Origin: Roseibacillus sp.
GTDB taxonomy: Bacteria > Verrucomicrobiota > Verrucomicrobiia > Verrucomicrobiales > Akkermansiaceae
DNA length: 64,000 nucleotides
Assembly: GCA_051251855.1 (NCBI GenBank)
Contig: JBPOGI010000003.1
Coordinates: 64,001 to 128,000, forward strand
Reading direction: 5' to 3'
Shown here one piece after another: positions 38,146 through 48,369 of the stretch. Made by a program: the position numbers and the translations under genes. The notes beneath the pieces are model-generated. The model made no database searches. It was given only the letters and a program-made list of their open reading frames with translations, and was not told where the DNA came from. Position 1 is the stretch's first letter. Every line of letters begins with the position of its first letter.

Positions 38146-39087
38146 ATGAGTAGTCCCATTTTTCAAGGTTGTATTCCGGCGCTAATGACTCCCTGCAATG
38201 AGTTTGGCGAAATTAATTATGAAGCGCTGGTGGCGACGGCAAAGGGTCTGGTAGAGCAGGGAATGCGGGCGGTGGTTTATTGTGGATCGATGGGTGATTG
38301 GCCTTTGCTGACGGATGCTCAGAGGCAGGAGGGGGTGCGTTGTCTGGTGGAGGCGGGCTTGTCGGTGGTGGTGGGGACGGGTGCCCAGAATACGCAGCTG
38401 GCGGCAGAGCATGCAGCGCATGCGAAAGAGGTGGGCGCGCAGGGGCTGATGGTGATTCCGCGAGTGCTTTCGCGGGGGGCTTCACCGGCGGCGCAGAAGG
38501 AGCACTTTCGGGCGGTGTTGCAGGCGGGTGGTGATTTACCGGCGGTGATCTATAACAGTCCCTACTACGGTTTCGAGACGAAGGCTGATTTATTTTTCGC
38601 GTTGCGAGCGGAGTTTCCGAGTTTGATCGGATTCAAGGAGTTTGGAGGGGCGACTTCGTTGAGTTATGCGGCGGAGTTCATCACCAGCGGTGACCCAGAG
38701 CTGACTCTGATGGCAGGGGTGGATACGCAGGTTTATCATGGCTTTGTGAATTGCGGGGCGAGGGGGGCGATCACGGGAGTGGGTAATGCGCTGCCGAAGG
38801 AAATTCTGCGGTTTGTGGAGCTCTGCGAACAAGCCTCTGGAGGAGTTGGTCAGGCGCGCAAGTGGGCGCAGGAGTTGTCAGAGGCTTTGACAGTGCTCTC
38901 TACCTTTGATGAGCAGCCAGACTTGGTCTTGCATTACAAAGAGCTGATGGTGTTGGAGGGGCACGAAGAGTATCGTCACCAGATTTATGGCTCGGATTGC
39001 TTGAGTGAGAGTCAGCGGCAGTTCTTACACAACCAATGGCAGCTCTTTCGCGATTGGTGGGCCCAATGGGATGGGAGTGGAGAATAG
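38146..39087 (+). CDS. DapA-family protein, probable 1-pyrroline-4-hydroxy-2-carboxylate deaminase
   Basis: IPALMTP, YCGSMGDW, VIYNSPYYG, Schiff-base GFKEF; operon context. Confidence 0.85.
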   Translation: MSSPIFQGCIPALMTPCNEFGEINYEALVATAKGLVEQGMRAVVYCGSMGDWPLLTDAQRQEGVRCLVEAGLSVVVGTGAQNTQLAAEHAAHAKEVGAQGLMVIPRVLSRGASPAAQKEHFRAVLQAGGDLPAVIYNSPYYGFETKADLFFALRAEFPSLIGFKEFGGATSLSYAAEFITSGDPELTLMAGVDTQVYHGFVNCGARGAITGVGNALPKEILRFVELCEQASGGVGQARKWAQELSEALTVLSTFDEQPDLVLHYKELMVLEGHEEYRHQIYGSDCLSESQRQFLHNQWQLFRDWWAQWDGSGE

Positions 39088-39100
39088 TCTTTTCGGACCG

Positions 39101-40078
39101 ATGAGTGTGGTGAGTAAGATTCGAGTGGTAGACTCTCATACAGCGGGGGAACCGACACGGGTGGTGGTGTCAGGTGGGCCGGACGTTCCTGAGAAGGGGG
39201 CAGTTGCGGCGCTTTCGTTTTTGCGTGAAGAGGAGGACTGGATGCGCTGTGCCTTAATCCATGAGCCGCGTGGATTCGAAGCGGTGGTGGGTGCCTTTTT
39301 ATGCGAGCCGATTGATGAGAGTTGTGTGAGTGGGGTGGTCTTCTTTAACAATGCGGGATATCTCGGCGGCTGTTTGCATGGGAGTATCGGGGTCGTGGAG
39401 ACTTTGGCGTCTTTGGGGGAGATTTCTGCGGGGGCATATCGCCTAGAGACTCCGGTGGGGGTGATTACCGCAGTGTTGCATGATGATGGCAGAGTGTCGG
39501 TGACAAATGTGCCGAGCTTTCGCTATCGGGCTGGGGTGACGGTTGAGGTGCCGGGCTATGGTGAGGTGTGTGGGGATGTTGCTTGGGGCGGAAATTGGTT
39601 CTTCCTGATCGAAGGGCAGGGGCCGGAGGTGAAGCAGGAAAATATTGAGGAGTTGACGGCGTTCACGTGGGCGATTCGGCAGGCGCTGGATGGCTCCGAA
39701 CTGCGAGGAGAGGATGGAGGCTTGATCGACCATGTGGAGGTCTTTGGTGTTCCACAGTCTGGGGTGGAGGCGGACAGTCAGAACTTTGTGTTGTGCCCAG
39801 GAAAAGCCTATGACCGTTCTCCTTGCGGGACGGGGACGAGTGCGAAGTTAGCTTGTCTGGCAGCCGAGGGTCGATTGGCGGAGGGCGAGGTCTTTCGCCA
39901 AGCGGGAATCCTGGGGACGTCGTTCGAGGGGAGCTATCGCCGCCTTGACGAAAAACGCATCTCCCCCATGGTCACTGGGCAAGCTTACGTGACGGCGGAA
40001 AGTGAGGTTGTGCTGAGAGCAGATGATCCCTATCGCTACGGAGTGGAATGGGCGGGACGAAAGAAACAAGATTTATGA
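39101..40078 (+). CDS. Proline racemase family, probable 4-hydroxyproline 2-epimerase
   Basis: DSHTAGEPTR, GCLHG (first Cys), DVAWGGNWF, DRSPCGTGTSA. Confidence 0.88.
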   Translation: MSVVSKIRVVDSHTAGEPTRVVVSGGPDVPEKGAVAALSFLREEEDWMRCALIHEPRGFEAVVGAFLCEPIDESCVSGVVFFNNAGYLGGCLHGSIGVVETLASLGEISAGAYRLETPVGVITAVLHDDGRVSVTNVPSFRYRAGVTVEVPGYGEVCGDVAWGGNWFFLIEGQGPEVKQENIEELTAFTWAIRQALDGSELRGEDGGLIDHVEVFGVPQSGVEADSQNFVLCPGKAYDRSPCGTGTSAKLACLAAEGRLAEGEVFRQAGILGTSFEGSYRRLDEKRISPMVTGQAYVTAESEVVLRADDPYRYGVEWAGRKKQDL

Positions 40079-41652
40079 AACTGGAAGGATACTCAATCAT
40101 TGGAAGCAAGCGTGGCCAAGGAGCCGGCGGTAGGTGGCAAGCGCGGAACCCTGCTACGGGGGAGGAGTTGGAGACTGTTTTTCGGGCCGAGGACGAAGCC
40201 GGATTGAACGAGGCGGTGGCTTTGGCGGAAAGGGATTTTGTGAGCTACGGGGAATCTAGTAGTGAGCTGCGAGCAAATTTTTTGCGCACGATTGCAGATG
40301 AGATCGATGCTATCGAGGAAGAGATTGTGCTGCGGATGATGGCGGAAAGCGCCCTGCCAGAGCCTCGTTGCCGAGGGGAGAAAGGGCGGACCGTGGGTCA
40401 GTTGCGCATGTTCGCGGACTTGGTGGAAGAGGGCTCTTGGGTGGATGCGCGTATTGATTTGGCTCAGCCGGATCGGGCGCCGATTCCGAAGGTTGATTTG
40501 CGCTCGATGCAGCGGGCGGTTGGTCCGGTGGCGGTCTTTTGCGCGAGTAACTTTCCGTTGGCTTTCTCGGTTGCGGGTGGTGATACGGCGAGTGCTCTGG
40601 CCGCGGGTTGTCCGGTTGTGGTGCGCGCTCACGCGGCTCATCCTGGGGTGGCGGAGCTAGTGGGCACTGCGGTGCAAGCGGCGGTGGCGAAGTGTGGTCT
40701 GCCAGAGGGAGTCTTTTCGCTGATTTTTGATGATGGGATTTCGCTGGGAACGGGGTTGGTCAAGCATGCGGGGATTGCGGCGGTGGGCTTCACGGGTTCG
40801 CGAGCAGGTGGGCGGGCTCTGATGGATGTGGCAGCGGCGCGTGAAATGCCGATTCCGGTTTATGCGGAGATGAGCGCTATTAATCCTATCTTTGTTCTAC
40901 CAGGTGCGTTGGCGGAAAGGGGAGCGCAGATTGCGGAAGGACTGGTGGGCTCGGTCTCACTGGGAGTGGGTCAGTTTTGCACAAGTCCTGGGTTGGTATT
41001 CACTAGGGGTGAAGGGCAGGAGGAGTTTACGACGGCTGTGGCGGATGGCTTGGGTGCGGTGGCTCCGGCGACGATGTTGCATGAGGGAATCGCGAAGAAC
41101 TTTTCGGCAGGGGTTGCTGAGCTGAAGGCTCAAGAAGGGGTCGCTCAGCTGGTGAAAGTTGCGGCTGAGGGTTGTCAGGCGGGAGCGACCGTGTTCCGGG
41201 CACCAGTCGTGGAGTTTTTGACCAATGAGAAGCTGAGTGCGGAGGTTTTTGGGCCAAGCACGTTGTTAGTAGATTGCGGATCGGAGGATGATTTTCTGGA
41301 GGCGGCGAAGTCGTTGGAAGGTCAGTTGACGGCTAGTGTGCATGGCACGGAGGCGGACTTGGAAAAGGCGGGACCGCTTCTTTCGGTTCTTTCCCGTCGA
41401 GCGGGTCGTCTGATTGTGAATGGATTTCCGACGGGGGTGGAGGTTTGTCCTGCCATGGTGCATGGGGGGCCGTATCCGGCGACTTCAGATGGCTCTAGTA
41501 GTTCGGTGGGTACGCGGGCGATTGGAAGGTTTACACGATCAGTGTCTTGGCAGAGTATGCCAGAGGGGCTGTTGCCTGCGGAGTTGCAGTCGAGTAATCC
41601 CTTGGGGATTTACCGTTTGGTAGATGGCTCTTTGAGTAAGGAACCCGTCTAG
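40075..41652 (+). CDS. Alpha-ketoglutaric semialdehyde dehydrogenase (NADP-type ALDH)
   Basis: ASNFPLAFSVAGGDTASALAAGCP, EMSAINP, GQFCTSPG, MVHGGPYPAT. Confidence 0.9.
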   Translation: MKLEGYSIIGSKRGQGAGGRWQARNPATGEELETVFRAEDEAGLNEAVALAERDFVSYGESSSELRANFLRTIADEIDAIEEEIVLRMMAESALPEPRCRGEKGRTVGQLRMFADLVEEGSWVDARIDLAQPDRAPIPKVDLRSMQRAVGPVAVFCASNFPLAFSVAGGDTASALAAGCPVVVRAHAAHPGVAELVGTAVQAAVAKCGLPEGVFSLIFDDGISLGTGLVKHAGIAAVGFTGSRAGGRALMDVAAAREMPIPVYAEMSAINPIFVLPGALAERGAQIAEGLVGSVSLGVGQFCTSPGLVFTRGEGQEEFTTAVADGLGAVAPATMLHEGIAKNFSAGVAELKAQEGVAQLVKVAAEGCQAGATVFRAPVVEFLTNEKLSAEVFGPSTLLVDCGSEDDFLEAAKSLEGQLTASVHGTEADLEKAGPLLSVLSRRAGRLIVNGFPTGVEVCPAMVHGGPYPATSDGSSSSVGTRAIGRFTRSVSWQSMPEGLLPAELQSSNPLGIYRLVDGSLSKEPV

Positions 41653-41659
41653 GTCGAGA

Positions 41660-42913
41660 ATGGAAGAGTCAAAGTCAGTGGTGGTTGTTGGAGGTGGCGT
41701 GGTAGGCTTGTGTTGTGCCTACTATCTCGCGAAGGCGGGTCGAGAAGTGACGGTGCTGGAGCGGGACTCTTCGCTACTGTCGGGTTGTTCGGTAGGCAAT
41801 GCTGGGATGATCGTTCCGAGTCACTTTGTGCCGTTGGCGGCCCCGGGGGTGATTGGGCAGGGGCTGAAGTGGATGATGAATCCGAGCAGTCCTTTCTATT
41901 TGCGGCCGCGATTGGATTTCGATTTGGCGCGTTGGATCTGGCTCTTCTTTCGCCATGCCAACGCTGGGCATGTAAAGAGGAGCGAGGTCTTGTTGCGTGA
42001 CTTGGGCTTGGAAAGCCGGCGTCTGCATACCGAAATGGCGAGGGCAGAAGGCTATCGCTTGGAGCAGCGGGGTTTGTTGATGCTTTGTCAATCTCAGAAG
42101 GGGATGGAGGAAGAGGGGGAGATGGCGCAGGAGGCCAGGCGGTTGGGCTTGGGGGCTAAGGTGATTGGGTTCCATGATCTGCATGATTTTGAGCCCGAGG
42201 CTGAGGTGAATGCCTTGGGGGGAGTCTGGTTTGAGCAGGATTGCCATCTTTCTCCTTCGGATTTTATTGCGGGATTGCGCTCGGGAATCTCCTTGGCGGG
42301 TGGAAAGTTCATTCGCGGGGAGGTCGCTGGTTTTGTAAAGTCAGGCGATCAGGTGGTTGGAGTGAAGACTGAAGAAGGAGATGCCTACGAAGGCGATAAG
42401 TTGGTGCTTGCAGGTGGGGTTGCGACCGTTGAGCTAGGCCGTGAGTTGGGGCTGAAGATGCCCATGCAGGGGGGAAAGGGGTATAGTTTGACTCTGAAGG
42501 AGCCTCGGAAGGAGCTGCAGCTTTGTAGTCTCTTGAAAGAGGGACGGGTGGCGGTGACCCCGATGGGGAAGACTCTGCGGGTGGCCGGAACGATGGAGAT
42601 TTGTGGGACGAACACTTCGCTGAGTCCAAGGCGGTTGGACGGGATTATCGAGTCATTCTGTCGCTTCTATCCGGACTTTGAGAAGAGTGACTTTGAGGGA
42701 GTGGAGCCTTGGGTGGGCCTGCGTCCGTGTTCACCGGATGGCTTGCCGTATTTGGGTGAGGTGCCTGAGCAATCGAGGGTCGTGGTCGCAACAGGTCACT
42801 CCATGTTGGGGCTGAGTCTGGCGCCGGTGACCGGTTGGTTGGTGGAAAAGTTGATTTCAGGGGAGGCGAGCCCGTTGGACCTGAGTCCTTTGGATACGGC
42901 GAGGTTTGGGTAG
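41660..42913 (+). CDS. FAD-dependent D-amino acid dehydrogenase, probable D-hydroxyproline dehydrogenase
   Basis: VVGGGVVG, CSVGNAG, GKGYS, WVGLRPCSPDGLP, TGHSMLGLSLAP. Confidence 0.88.
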   Translation: MEESKSVVVVGGGVVGLCCAYYLAKAGREVTVLERDSSLLSGCSVGNAGMIVPSHFVPLAAPGVIGQGLKWMMNPSSPFYLRPRLDFDLARWIWLFFRHANAGHVKRSEVLLRDLGLESRRLHTEMARAEGYRLEQRGLLMLCQSQKGMEEEGEMAQEARRLGLGAKVIGFHDLHDFEPEAEVNALGGVWFEQDCHLSPSDFIAGLRSGISLAGGKFIRGEVAGFVKSGDQVVGVKTEEGDAYEGDKLVLAGGVATVELGRELGLKMPMQGGKGYSLTLKEPRKELQLCSLLKEGRVAVTPMGKTLRVAGTMEICGTNTSLSPRRLDGIIESFCRFYPDFEKSDFEGVEPWVGLRPCSPDGLPYLGEVPEQSRVVVATGHSMLGLSLAPVTGWLVEKLISGEASPLDLSPLDTARFG

Positions 42914-43028
42914 GATTCGGTTGGTCGTTCAGGGACGGAAATGTCCTCGCTTCCGGGGGGGAATGAAGTTGGTAACTTACTGCTCTTTTCTCTTTTTCAG
43001 TTGATGGGAGTGGCTAGGTTTTTTCCAG

Positions 43029-43427
43029 ATGAAGGAAGAGCCAAAATTATTGGGTAAGTCGGAGAATGCATTGCCCACCGAGCCCTCAAGGGAGATTTTG
43101 GACCGATTTGAGAATTGTCGGCCAGGCCGCGATTATTGGATTCATCTCGATGCTCCTGAGTTTTCCTCCTTATGTCCAGTAACAGGGCAGCCAGATTCTG
43201 CGCATGTGGTGATTCGATATCGGCCGGGGAAGTGGTGTGTGGAGACGAAGTCTTTGAAGTTCTATTTAGCATCGTGGCGGAACACGGCTTCCTTCAATGA
43301 GGAGGTCATAAATACCATTTTGGATGATTTGGTAGCGGTTTGTGAACCCACGGAGATGGAGATTCGAGGCGCCTTTGGGGCGCGTGGGGGGATTTCGCTG
43401 ACAGTGGAAGTGCGACACCAAGGTTAG
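43029..43427 (+). CDS. queF: NADPH-dependent 7-cyano-7-deazaguanine reductase (type I)
   Basis: PEFSSLCPVTGQPD, VETKSLKFYL, ARGGI. Confidence 0.92.
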   Translation: MKEEPKLLGKSENALPTEPSREILDRFENCRPGRDYWIHLDAPEFSSLCPVTGQPDSAHVVIRYRPGKWCVETKSLKFYLASWRNTASFNEEVINTILDDLVAVCEPTEMEIRGAFGARGGISLTVEVRHQG

Positions 43428-43468
43428 GTAGCATTGCCAAGGAAGGATGGTTTGGGTATCTTAATGAG

Positions 43469-44746
43469 ATGGAACAACCTCCTTTGATTGATGTCGAGCC
43501 GGAAGATGGTGGGAAATCCCGGTTGATGGGTTGTGCTGGGTGCCTCGGAAGATTGATTCCATTGGCGGCTGGATTCATGCTGCTTGCCATTATTCTTATG
43601 GGACTTGCGCTCTTTATTTGGGGAGGAGACCTCGAAAGAAAAGGGGAAGAGGGATTGGTTGGAACGGAAGCGGTTCAAAAGGAGAAGAAGGGATTCGCTG
43701 GCGTGATGGAGAAAGTGAAGAGGGTGATAAAAGGAGAAAAAGCTGGGCCAAAGGTGGCGGCTGAAGCTGGAGGAAAAGCTGTGGTCAGTGGAGAAGGCGG
43801 CGTTGGGGATGCCGGTCAAGCCGCTGGTGGTGGTGCCGGAGGAGCACAGGGGGCAGCAGGTAATTCCCTGGGGGGAGCGGTGGAAAAGAGCACGGCGCTG
43901 GCAGAGTCTATTGGAGCGGAAGGCAAGTCTCCTGCCGAGCGTGATCGTTTGTTGAAGGAGAAGTTTGGTCATATGGAAGAGGATCGTTCCCAAGGTGGGA
44001 GCGGGGAGGCTGTGACCGGTAATACCTCTGACGGAGGAGGTGTCGGACAAGCCGGAGGTGGTGGAGGCTCCTCTGTGGTGAGCGGTGATGAGTTGGAGGC
44101 GGCTCGCAAAGCGCTGGCTGGTGGTGGTGGTAGCCCTGGGATGGAGTTGCCGGCCTTTGGAGAAGGAGAAGGGACGGGTTCAGAGCTAACAGCAGAGGCG
44201 GAAAAGAAGGCCCGTGTAGCTCTGGGTGCCGCAGGTGCGGGTAGTGGAGCAGGTCTTGCAAAAGGGGTTCAAGCGATTCCAAAGCGTCGGGGAGGGAGTT
44301 TCGGTTCTTCAACTGGAGCGGCGACAGCGACGGGAACGAGAAGTCAGTATCAGAGGTGGCGGGGCGATTTTTCAACGTCTGGGAGTGATTTGGAGTTTGA
44401 GGTCATTTATCAAGAGGCAGGTGGGCAACTTCAGTTTCGCTGCTTCGTGATGCCCTATGATGCTCAAACGGCAAAACTTTTCAGCGCGGATAAGGGTGAT
44501 TTTCTTTTGTCCTTCCGTGATGAAGACGGGCAAAGGCTCGTCCCTGCCGAGGGAGATTTGGCGATTCCGTTGACTCAGTTGACGGCCTTTGAAGCCCAAG
44601 GGAAGGTAACGGGTTGGGTTGCCAGAGGAATGATTCCTCTCAACTCTCAGGAGTTGTCGAACCTTAAGTCCGTGAAGTTGGGTTGGGATTTCGACAAAGA
44701 CCTAGGCGACTGGCTCAAAGAGCTAAAAACGAGCCGAGGTAAGTAA
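43469..44746 (+). CDS. Hypothetical single-TM protein with long Gly/Ala-rich linker
   Basis: GCAGCLG followed by a TM, low-complexity G/A/S region and a globular C-terminus. Confidence 0.7.
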   Translation: MEQPPLIDVEPEDGGKSRLMGCAGCLGRLIPLAAGFMLLAIILMGLALFIWGGDLERKGEEGLVGTEAVQKEKKGFAGVMEKVKRVIKGEKAGPKVAAEAGGKAVVSGEGGVGDAGQAAGGGAGGAQGAAGNSLGGAVEKSTALAESIGAEGKSPAERDRLLKEKFGHMEEDRSQGGSGEAVTGNTSDGGGVGQAGGGGGSSVVSGDELEAARKALAGGGGSPGMELPAFGEGEGTGSELTAEAEKKARVALGAAGAGSGAGLAKGVQAIPKRRGGSFGSSTGAATATGTRSQYQRWRGDFSTSGSDLEFEVIYQEAGGQLQFRCFVMPYDAQTAKLFSADKGDFLLSFRDEDGQRLVPAEGDLAIPLTQLTAFEAQGKVTGWVARGMIPLNSQELSNLKSVKLGWDFDKDLGDWLKELKTSRGK

Positions 44747-44804
44747 TTCTTAGGCAGCGTTCATTCACCGCATGTTAGCGGTCCGATTCAGCGTAGAGAC
44801 ATTT

Positions 44805-45566
44805 ATGAAGATAATTTTAAAATCGATGGTGGTGTTGGCGAGTGTAAGCCTCGTTTTAGCAGAGCCTCAGAAAGAGGTCGAAGAAGGTGAGTGGGTCAGC
44901 CTGTTCAATGGGAAAGACCTCACGGGATGGACCCCTAAGTTCAAGGGCTACGCGTTGGGTGAAAATGCGAAGGAGACCTTCCGTGTTGAGGATGGTCTCT
45001 TGAAGGTGAGCTATGATAATTATGAGGAGTGGGGAGAACTCTTTGGCCATCTGTTCTACGAGCGAGAGCTGTCGCACTATAAATTGCGGGTGGAGTATCG
45101 CTTCGTAGGCGAGCAGGTGGCGAAGGGGCCAGGCTGGGCATGGCGGAACAATGGAGTGATGATCCATGGTCAATCAGCAGAAAGCATGGCAAAGGATCAG
45201 GATTTCCCTGATAGCATCGAGGTGCAGTTGCTCGGCGGCGATGGCAAGAAGGAGCGGCCCAATGGGAACGTTTGTTCGCCTGGAACTCAGATTTTCTTCG
45301 GAGGTCAGGTTGATAAGCGGCATTGCATCAAGAGTAGCTCGAAAACGTTTCATGGAGACCAATGGGTCACCTTGGAGATCGAGGCTCATGGCAGCGAGAA
45401 GATCATTCATCGAGTGAATGGGGAGGTTGTTTTCGAGTATCAGTATCCGCAGAAGAATGATGGCACTTTGCTGGAGGGTGGTTCGATTTCCTTACAGGCG
45501 GAGAGCGCACCGATCGAGTTTCGGAAAATTGAGCTCTTGGAGCTGCCGAAGCCGGATAAGAAGTGA
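44805..45566 (+). CDS. DUF1080 (3-keto-disaccharide hydrolase family) protein
   Basis: WVSLFNGKDLTGW, NNGVMIH, SIEVQLLG, GSISLQAES, IEFRKIE. Confidence 0.9.
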   Translation: MKIILKSMVVLASVSLVLAEPQKEVEEGEWVSLFNGKDLTGWTPKFKGYALGENAKETFRVEDGLLKVSYDNYEEWGELFGHLFYERELSHYKLRVEYRFVGEQVAKGPGWAWRNNGVMIHGQSAESMAKDQDFPDSIEVQLLGGDGKKERPNGNVCSPGTQIFFGGQVDKRHCIKSSSKTFHGDQWVTLEIEAHGSEKIIHRVNGEVVFEYQYPQKNDGTLLEGGSISLQAESAPIEFRKIELLELPKPDKK

Positions 45567-45612
45567 TTCCTTATTCTATTCAGGAAGCCTGTCCTGTGTT
45601 TGATTACTGGCG

Positions 45613-47136
45613 ATGGAGGCTGCGAAAGAATTAGAGGAGCTGTTGAGCCGTGGGGTGAGACAGTTTGTGGTTTGTGGAGGCGCGCGCAACGCGGCGATTC
45701 TCGAGTGGTTGTCGGTGGTTGAGGGAGCGGAAGTTTTTTCGCACTTTGAGGAACGCGGCGCGGGGTTTTTCGCAGTGGGGCGGACGATGGTCACGGGGGA
45801 GCCTTGTGCGGTGGTGGTGACGAGTGGAACAGCGGTGGCGGAGTTACTGCCGGCGGTGATTGAGGCGTTCTATCAGCAACGGCCGCTAGTGGTGATTTCG
45901 GCGGATCGACCGGAAAGCTTTCGAGGCTCGGGGGCTCCGCAGGCGATTGAGCAGGAAGGGATTTTTGGAAGCTATGCGGCGGAGAAGATTTCGTTCTGGG
46001 AGGGGCAGGGACCTCTTCACTTGAATTTGCCTCTAGAGGAGGATGAAGATTTAGGTTCTCCGGGTGTTGTGGAAGAGTATTCGGTGGTGCGGGCGAGCTT
46101 TAATGTCGCTCCCTTGGCGCAGTGGTTGCGAAAGGGTGTCTTTAAGGGGGTAGTCGTTTTGGTGGGTGGTTTGGATGAGGGTGACCGGGAGGAAGTCTTC
46201 TACTTTTGCCAAAATTTAGGAGCCCCAGTGATTGCGGATGCGACCAGCGGTTTAAGGGAAGCTCTCGGGGATTTGTGTTTGGTGGATGGAGACCGTATTC
46301 TGCGAGAGAATACTCCGGGGAAGGTGCTTCGGATTGGCGAAGTGCCGGTGGGACGTTTTTGGAGGGACTTGGAGGAGCTGCCTGAGGTGGAGGTTTTCTC
46401 GGTAACGCGGAGTGGGTTCTCGGGCTTAGCGCGGGAAAGCGAGATGATTCAGGGAGAACCCTCGCGGGTGATTCGAGGGTTGGGTGAAGTGGATGAAGTG
46501 GGTGATGTCTTGGAACTCCTACCGGTTGGTCGTCGTCGTGAGAATCGTGGGGATGAGCTGTTAGAAGCGTATCCCGATTCCGAGCCTTCGCTCCTGCGGG
46601 TGCTTTCTCTTTTTGCGGCTCAGGGAGATTCGGTCTTTCTGGGAAATAGTCTGCCTATCCGCGAGTGGAACGATTTTGCGCAGCGCGAACAACCGGTGAC
46701 TTTGGTGCGTGGATGTCGGGGGGCGAATGGAATTGATGGCCAGATTTCGGCGTGGCTAGGATCGACGGTGGAGGAGGGGAGAGCGTGGGGAGTATTTGGA
46801 GATGTGACGGCGCTTTATGATTTGGCGGCTCCTCATTTGCTCAAGCATGTTGAGCAGGAGGAGAGGGTCTTGGTGGTGCTCAATAATGATGGCGGTCGTA
46901 TCTTTGAGCAGTTGCCACGGCTCAATGGGATGAGTGAGTCGGCGCGCGAGTGGATGACGACCCCTCATGGGCGCAGTCTTGAACAGTGGGCTGCGATGTG
47001 GGGTTTGGGGTATCATCGTGCGACTTGCCGAGAGGATTTGGATTGCCTCGAGAGTTTAGAAGAAGGAACGTCGGTTATCGAAATCGTCCCGAGCGAGAAG
47101 CAGACGGCTGATTTTTGGACTGATTGGAACCGATAG
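45613..47136 (+). CDS. menD: SEPHCHC synthase (menaquinone biosynthesis)
   Basis: CGGARNA, EERGAGFFAVG, TSGTAVAEL, SADRP, GNSLPIR, RGANGIDG, GDVTALYD, NNDGGRIF. Confidence 0.9.
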   Translation: MEAAKELEELLSRGVRQFVVCGGARNAAILEWLSVVEGAEVFSHFEERGAGFFAVGRTMVTGEPCAVVVTSGTAVAELLPAVIEAFYQQRPLVVISADRPESFRGSGAPQAIEQEGIFGSYAAEKISFWEGQGPLHLNLPLEEDEDLGSPGVVEEYSVVRASFNVAPLAQWLRKGVFKGVVVLVGGLDEGDREEVFYFCQNLGAPVIADATSGLREALGDLCLVDGDRILRENTPGKVLRIGEVPVGRFWRDLEELPEVEVFSVTRSGFSGLARESEMIQGEPSRVIRGLGEVDEVGDVLELLPVGRRRENRGDELLEAYPDSEPSLLRVLSLFAAQGDSVFLGNSLPIREWNDFAQREQPVTLVRGCRGANGIDGQISAWLGSTVEEGRAWGVFGDVTALYDLAAPHLLKHVEQEERVLVVLNNDGGRIFEQLPRLNGMSESAREWMTTPHGRSLEQWAAMWGLGYHRATCREDLDCLESLEEGTSVIEIVPSEKQTADFWTDWNR

Positions 47137-47183
47137 GGAAATTCTTTTCGAATAGATTCTGAAACGGGTGCGTCCATTGTTTT

Positions 47184-47510
47184 GTGAAGGCGAAAGCGAT
47201 CAAATCAACTGGACTGGCCTGCGTGGCAATCATGTTAGCTTCTTGTGCGAGCAATCCCAACTACAGCAACAACAATAGTTATGGGGGAGGTTATCCTAAT
47301 AGTGGTGGCATTGACGCTACTAAGACTGCAGCTCTCGTCGCAGCTGGTATTGCGGGTCTCTCTCTTTATCACTACGGCAAGGAGAAGGATAAACGAAAGG
47401 ACGCGGAGCGTGCTTATGCCAATCGTCACAACGAGCGAAATTGGGGCTATAATAATGGCTATGGTTACAACCGTGATCAGCGCGGTAATACGCGTCGAGG
47501 GGGATGGTAG
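47184..47510 (+). CDS. Small Asn/Gly/Tyr-rich lipoprotein
   Basis: MLASC lipobox; low-complexity NYG segments. Confidence 0.65.
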   Translation: MKAKAIKSTGLACVAIMLASCASNPNYSNNNSYGGGYPNSGGIDATKTAALVAAGIAGLSLYHYGKEKDKRKDAERAYANRHNERNWGYNNGYGYNRDQRGNTRRGGW

Positions 47511-47563
47511 TTGCTCGTCCTAGGTTGCTCGGACAGTGAAAGCTTGTTCCTCAGCGGCGCGTT

Positions 47564-48367
47564 ATGAAGGGGATGAGATCCTTCCTGACGTTATTTTTCT
47601 CTTTGTCTATCTGGTGTCCTTTGGTTGGTGCCAAGGAAAGTTTTTCTCCAGAAATCTACCCCTTTTTTAATGGGTTGCCGAAGCTTTCTCTGGAAAAAGA
47701 GGGGGCCATGCTCAAGGAGTTGGGGTATGCGGGGGTGAGCCAAATCTATGGGGACGATGATAAGCTCGCGGAGCGAGTTGCGGTTTTTGAAGAACTTGGA
47801 GTGAAGGTTCTGAGTGTCTATCTGAGTGCGACAGACGTTCCTTTGCAGGCCGATGCGGTGCGATCGCTCGCGAATGGAGGTTTCATCGAGTTAACCGTTA
47901 AGAAGAAGACCCCTGGGATTGTTGAGTCGCTACGAAAAACTGCGGAGATGGCTGCGGGGTTGAATATTCGAGTCGTGCTTTATCCTCACTTTGGTGATGC
48001 CATTGCGACAATGGATGATGCGTTGGCATTGGCTGACGAGGTGAATCATCCAAATCTGGGAGTGATGTTTAATCTTTGCCACTATCTTCGTAGTGAGAAG
48101 GCTGAGGACCTGGAGGCAGCGATTGAGAAGGCTGGAGAGCGATTGTTTTTAGTGAGTACTAATGGAGCTGACTTGGATGGTAAGAATTGGACGACCTTAA
48201 TTCAGACTCTTGGAAAAGGCACTTTCCCACAAGAGCGGCTGATCGCGGCGTTGAAGAAAGTCGACTACCAAGGCCCAGTGACGTTGCAGTGTTACAATGT
48301 CCCGGGGGATAAGCGGGAGAATTTAGAAGCGTCGATCGAGGCGTGGAAAGAGCTTTTGAAGAAGTAG
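47564..48367 (+). CDS. Sugar phosphate isomerase/epimerase (TIM barrel) with signal peptide
   Basis: VVLYPH, GVMFNLCH, VSTNGAD, YQGPVTLQCY. Confidence 0.8.
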   Translation: MKGMRSFLTLFFSLSIWCPLVGAKESFSPEIYPFFNGLPKLSLEKEGAMLKELGYAGVSQIYGDDDKLAERVAVFEELGVKVLSVYLSATDVPLQADAVRSLANGGFIELTVKKKTPGIVESLRKTAEMAAGLNIRVVLYPHFGDAIATMDDALALADEVNHPNLGVMFNLCHYLRSEKAEDLEAAIEKAGERLFLVSTNGADLDGKNWTTLIQTLGKGTFPQERLIAALKKVDYQGPVTLQCYNVPGDKRENLEASIEAWKELLKK

Positions 48368-48369
48368 GC

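Noticed and set aside
42914..43028. preQ1 riboswitch upstream of queF
   Set aside because: No preQ1 hairpin plus A-rich tail pattern found
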